A stretch of DNA of 1,000 bases from Naegleria gruberi (lineage: Eukaryota). Where the stretch lies: assembly GCA_000004985.1 (NCBI GenBank), contig GG739628.1. The stretch is one strand, 5' to 3'. The notes under the pieces are model-generated. The model was given only the letters and a program-made list of their open reading frames with translations. It was not told the origin of the DNA and made no database searches. Position numbers and translations under genes: made by a program. This document shows positions 1 to 1,000 of the stretch, one piece after another. Positions within the stretch are counted from its first letter, which is position 1. Every line of letters begins with the position of its first letter.

Positions 1-157
1 AACGGACTGTGCTTTTCTTATACTTTTTATACAGAGCTCTGCATACTTTTTCGAATTCGGATGGTGACAATTTTGTATGAGGTCGTGGTGTACCATGTGT
101 TATTGCTTTTGGATATGGATTTTCAGACATTGTATCTGAAGATGGATTATCGGACAT
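1..157 (-). CDS. 5' end (N-terminal 52 codons) of a protein-coding gene running off the left edge; product unknown. N-terminus reads MSDNPSSDTMSENPYPKAITHGTPRPHTKLSPSEFEKVCRALYKKYKKSTVR
   Basis: ATG is the complement of 155-157 in context AAAATGTC (A at -3, A-rich leader, no SD-like purine run), and the frame is open to position 1. The peptide is hydrophilic and S/P/K-rich, typical of a eukaryotic N-terminus. Codons match yeast/plant preference (CCA x5, GGT, AGA, TTG, GCT, TCT). The overlapping plus-strand frame 1-160 is also open but is hydrophobic and uses CGG/CGA/CTG/GTG repeatedly. It is absent from the ORF track only because it is truncated by the window edge. Confidence 0.55.
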   Translation of the reverse strand, partial: MSDNPSSDTMSENPYPKAITHGTPRPHTKLSPSEFEKVCRALYKKYKKSTVR

Positions 158-160
158 TTT

Positions 161-220
161 GAACTTGTTGATGAACTTGTTGTTGATTGAACTTGTTGTT
201 GATCGATTTTGTTGATTGAA
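161..220. repeat. Tandem 16-bp repeat forming the leader immediately upstream of the ATG: a truncated copy GAACTTGTTGAT at 161-172, GAACTTGTTGTTGATT at 173-188, GAACTTGTTGTTGATC at 189-204 and a degenerate copy GATTTTGTTGATTGAA at 205-220. On the gene strand this reads (GATCAACAACAAGTTC)(AATCAACAACAAGTTC)(ATCAACAAGTTC)AAA-ATG
   Basis: Direct reading shows two full copies differing by one base (T/C at the last position) flanked by partial copies. Confidence 0.85.
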
Positions 221-233
221 TTTGCTAATAATC

Positions 234-262
234 GATTGATTGCTTATTGATTGCTATTGATA
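234..262. repeat. About 2.7 tandem copies of a 10-bp unit: ATTGATTGCTt at 235-245, ATTGATTGCT at 246-255 and ATTGATA at 256-262. Related CGATTGAT octamers occur at 232-239 and 294-301.
   Basis: Direct reading. The TTGATTG core recurs throughout 181-262. Confidence 0.75.
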
Positions 263-283
263 TGACGACGCCGAAAAGATGAA

Positions 284-324
284 GCCCACGTAACGATTGA
301 TATAAGAGTTTGTGATACGTGGCG
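284..324. promoter_or_regulatory. Inverted repeat gCCACGTA (286-292) ... TACGTGGcg (316-322) with a 23-bp spacer containing the TATA-like tgaTATAAGag (301-306). Both arms carry an ACGT core. The right arm TACGTGGC (316-323) equals the plant ABRE/G-box-type consensus YACGTGGC and is one base off the yeast E-box CACGTG.
   Basis: Seven of seven bases are exact reverse complements, extending to 8 of 9. The element lies 135-165 bp upstream of the ATG on the gene strand. The motif assignments rest on consensus memory only. Confidence 0.35.
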
Positions 325-368
325 GCTTGAAAAATTGGTTAAATTTTATTTAGTTACAATTATCAAAT

Positions 369-423
369 GAATTCATACATGAAAGGAAGGGAAACGAATT
401 CATACATGTCAAGGGAAGGGAAC
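369..423. repeat. Near-perfect tandem duplication with period 27/28 bp: GAATTCATACATGaaaGGAAGGGAAAC at 369-395 and GAATTCATACATGtcaaGGGAAGGGAAC at 396-423. The purine tracts read CCCTTCCCTT / TTCCCTTCC (CTTCC boxes) on the gene strand.
   Basis: The first 13 bp of the two copies are identical and about 11 of the next 15 match. A third ATACATG at 442-448 and ACATG at 429-433 continue the motif outside the duplication. EcoRI sites at 369 and 396 are incidental. Confidence 0.85.
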
Positions 424-555
424 GAAAAACATGACATTTTGATACATGATTTGACAAACAATAATTAAAGGAACTGGTGGAAGCATCCCCTTTAACCCAT
501 TGTAATCCCAACAAACAAGAGTTTGAAGAAAAAACAAAGCCCATTTCAAAGCAAA

Positions 556-610
556 GGAAAAAAAAACCAAGCTGATCAACTTGGGAAATTTTTCCAAAGC
601 CCTAAAAAAA
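556..610. promoter_or_regulatory. Poly(dA:dT)-rich segment with an A9 tract at 559-567 and an A7 tract at 604-610. Between them are two overlapping imperfect palindromes, CCAAGcTGATCAaCTTGG (567-584, 8/9 pairs) and CTTGGGAAAttTTTCCAAAG (580-599, 8/10 pairs). An AGCCCTAA octamer at 598-605 matches both the plant telo-box and the yeast Tbf1 consensus ARCCCTAA.
   Basis: Direct reading. Homopolymer A tracts are classic nucleosome-excluding promoter elements in yeast, but function here is inferred only. Confidence 0.4.
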
Positions 611-710
611 CAAACTTTGCATCAAACCAGCAAGTGATCAAGTCACTAGTTCAATACATAGATTGCCGGAATGTCATTGAAGTTCAGAATGATCAAATCA
701 TCACTTCAAT
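573..710. repeat. Three dispersed copies of the heptamer TGATCAA at 573-579, 635-641 and 690-696. Each sits at the centre of local dyad symmetry. The first lies in the 567-584 palindrome, the second in AGTGAtcaagTCACT (633-647), and the third in the loop of the inverted repeat ATTGAAGT (676-683) / ACTTCAAT (703-710).
   Basis: Exact matches were read directly. Three copies of a G/C-containing heptamer within about 125 bp is unlikely by chance. Confidence 0.55.
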
Positions 711-744
711 TCAATTCCATAGGTACTATCGTAGACGCAGGTAA

Positions 745-1000
745 AGTATAGATCCTTTATCAGGTTCGGGACTTTACGAGCGTCAGTGAGTCGACAAGAA
801 GCCCTGTCTCGCCCAGGTACGACAGTAGGTCCCTTCAAAGAGGGGTCATAAGTGGTCTCCTTATTTGATACGGTCCAATCCCTTTTGGCTACCACTAGAT
901 AGAGATAATCTTTATGTTTACTCAGTGGGACTGAACCTAACTCAGCATCACAGTAAGACTCATAACTTAGAGGCTTTCAGTTATACATCTACATGCGTGG
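745..1000. other. Non-coding block of unknown function, GC-richer (about 48%) than the rest of the window. No ATG-initiated ORF over 25 codons occurs in any frame. Local short stems are present (CTGTC 804-808 with GACAG 821-825; the SalI-type palindrome GTCGAC 790-795). An ARS-consensus-like 10/11 match cTTTATGTTTA lies at 910-920.
   Basis: I scanned all six frames by eye and found stops in every frame except frame 1 from 829 to 1000, which is open but has no ATG. There is no tRNA or snRNA signature I can verify. Confidence 0.3.

Larger units (their letters stand above)
158..460 (-). promoter_or_regulatory. Presumed 5' UTR plus core and upstream promoter of the minus-strand gene. It contains a TATA-like TATAAG at 301-306, ACGT-core inverted repeats and tandem repeats.
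   Basis: The region lies immediately 5' of the ATG at 157 on the gene strand. No ORF is present. The TATA-like element lies about 145 bp upstream of the ATG. The region is dense in short repeats as described in the other features. Confidence 0.45.

Noticed and set aside
371-381. Rap1-like ATTCATACATG
   Set aside because: It matches only the CATACAT half. It lacks the essential ACACCC portion of the Rap1 consensus.
487-491. STRE-like CCCCT (also AGGGG at 841-845)
   Set aside because: A 5-mer is expected about twice by chance in 1 kb on two strands. There is no clustering.
350-597. Two overlapping minus-strand ORFs (350-544 and 409-597) from the ORF track
   Set aside because: They overlap each other in different frames across the tandem-duplication and A-tract regions. 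One starts at TTG. The peptides are Cys/Phe-rich nonsense generated by repeats. They are inconsistent with this region being the promoter of the minus-strand gene at 1-157.
698-704. C-box-like GUGAUGA on the minus strand (possible C/D snoRNA), near the Tbf1-like site
   Set aside because: It has no properly spaced D box or terminal stem. The only CUGA follows within 10 nt. The Tbf1-like site would lie downstream rather than upstream on that strand.
523-744. ORF-track + strand ORF of 73 aa (MKKKQSPFQSKGKK...RRRR)
   Set aside because: It starts at TTG, not ATG (bacterial start rules were applied to what looks like eukaryotic DNA). It is a low-complexity Lys/Gln-rich translation of an A-rich tract with no ATG in frame near the 5' end. 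I consider it spurious.
738-747. cagGTAAAGT resembling a 5' splice donor
   Set aside because: There is no upstream exon with an ATG-initiated ORF in phase. No branch point or acceptor context was found. It is probably a chance match.
761-775. GGTTCGGGAC resembling a tRNA B-box / T-loop (GGTTCGANNCC)
   Set aside because: A G replaces the invariant A58 position. The flanks cannot form a T-stem (CAGG vs CTTT). No A-box or D-arm lies upstream, and no acceptor pairing is possible. It is not a tRNA.
701-895. Minus-strand 64-aa ORF from the ORF track
   Set aside because: It starts at GTG and contains no in-frame ATG. No eukaryotic start is possible, and it shows no codon-usage signal.
993-1000. 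ATG at 993-995 opening a plus-strand frame that runs off the right edge
   Set aside because: Only 2.5 codons are visible, and a T at -3 is a poor context. This cannot be evaluated within the window and is mentioned only as a possibility.
1-1000. Prokaryotic interpretation (operon, defence island, CRISPR, mobile element)
   Set aside because: There are no SD-led ORFs and no long ORFs across about 850 bp. Homopolymer A tracts, CAA-rich repeats and a Kozak-type start context point to eukaryotic intergenic DNA. There are no CRISPR-like regularly spaced repeats and no terminal inverted repeats with target-site duplications.

Overview
This window is AT-rich (roughly 37-38% GC) and, to my reading, almost entirely non-coding. 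It looks eukaryotic, not prokaryotic. No frame has an ATG-initiated ORF longer than ~30 codons except at the left edge, there are A9/A7 homopolymer tracts, and there are many short tandem and inverted repeats. The supplied ORF track accepts TTG/GTG as starts. All four listed ORFs lie in low-complexity or repeat sequence, and I regard them as spurious. The one coding feature I can support is the 5' end of a minus-strand gene. Its ATG is the complement of 155-157 and the reading frame runs off the left edge at position 1 (52 codons visible). The context is A-rich and Kozak-like (AAAATGTC), there is no Shine-Dalgarno, and codon usage is budding-yeast- or plant-like (CCA x5, GGT, AGA, TTG, GCT, TCT). 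The leader directly abutting this ATG is built from tandem copies of a 16-bp unit, with a 10-bp ATTGATTGCT repeat further upstream. From 158 to about 460 is the presumed promoter. It contains a 7-bp ACGT-core inverted repeat (CCACGTA ... TACGTGG) bracketing a TATA-like TATAAG, and a near-perfect 27-bp tandem duplication with GGAAGGGAA purine tracts (CTTCC on the gene strand). ATACATG is present three times. From 510 to 720 the sequence is A-rich, with poly(dA:dT) tracts, two overlapping imperfect palindromes (567-599), three TGATCAA heptamers (573, 635, 690) and an AGCCCTAA telo-box/Tbf1-like octamer. Positions 745-1000 are GC-richer, have no ORF and are of unknown function; they could be an ncRNA, a degenerate element, or the distal promoter of a gene beyond the right edge. 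I cannot decide between a Saccharomycotina yeast and a plant nuclear origin from sequence alone. I see no multi-gene system, operon, CRISPR array, tRNA or rRNA here. The interesting content is a repeat-constructed promoter and leader.
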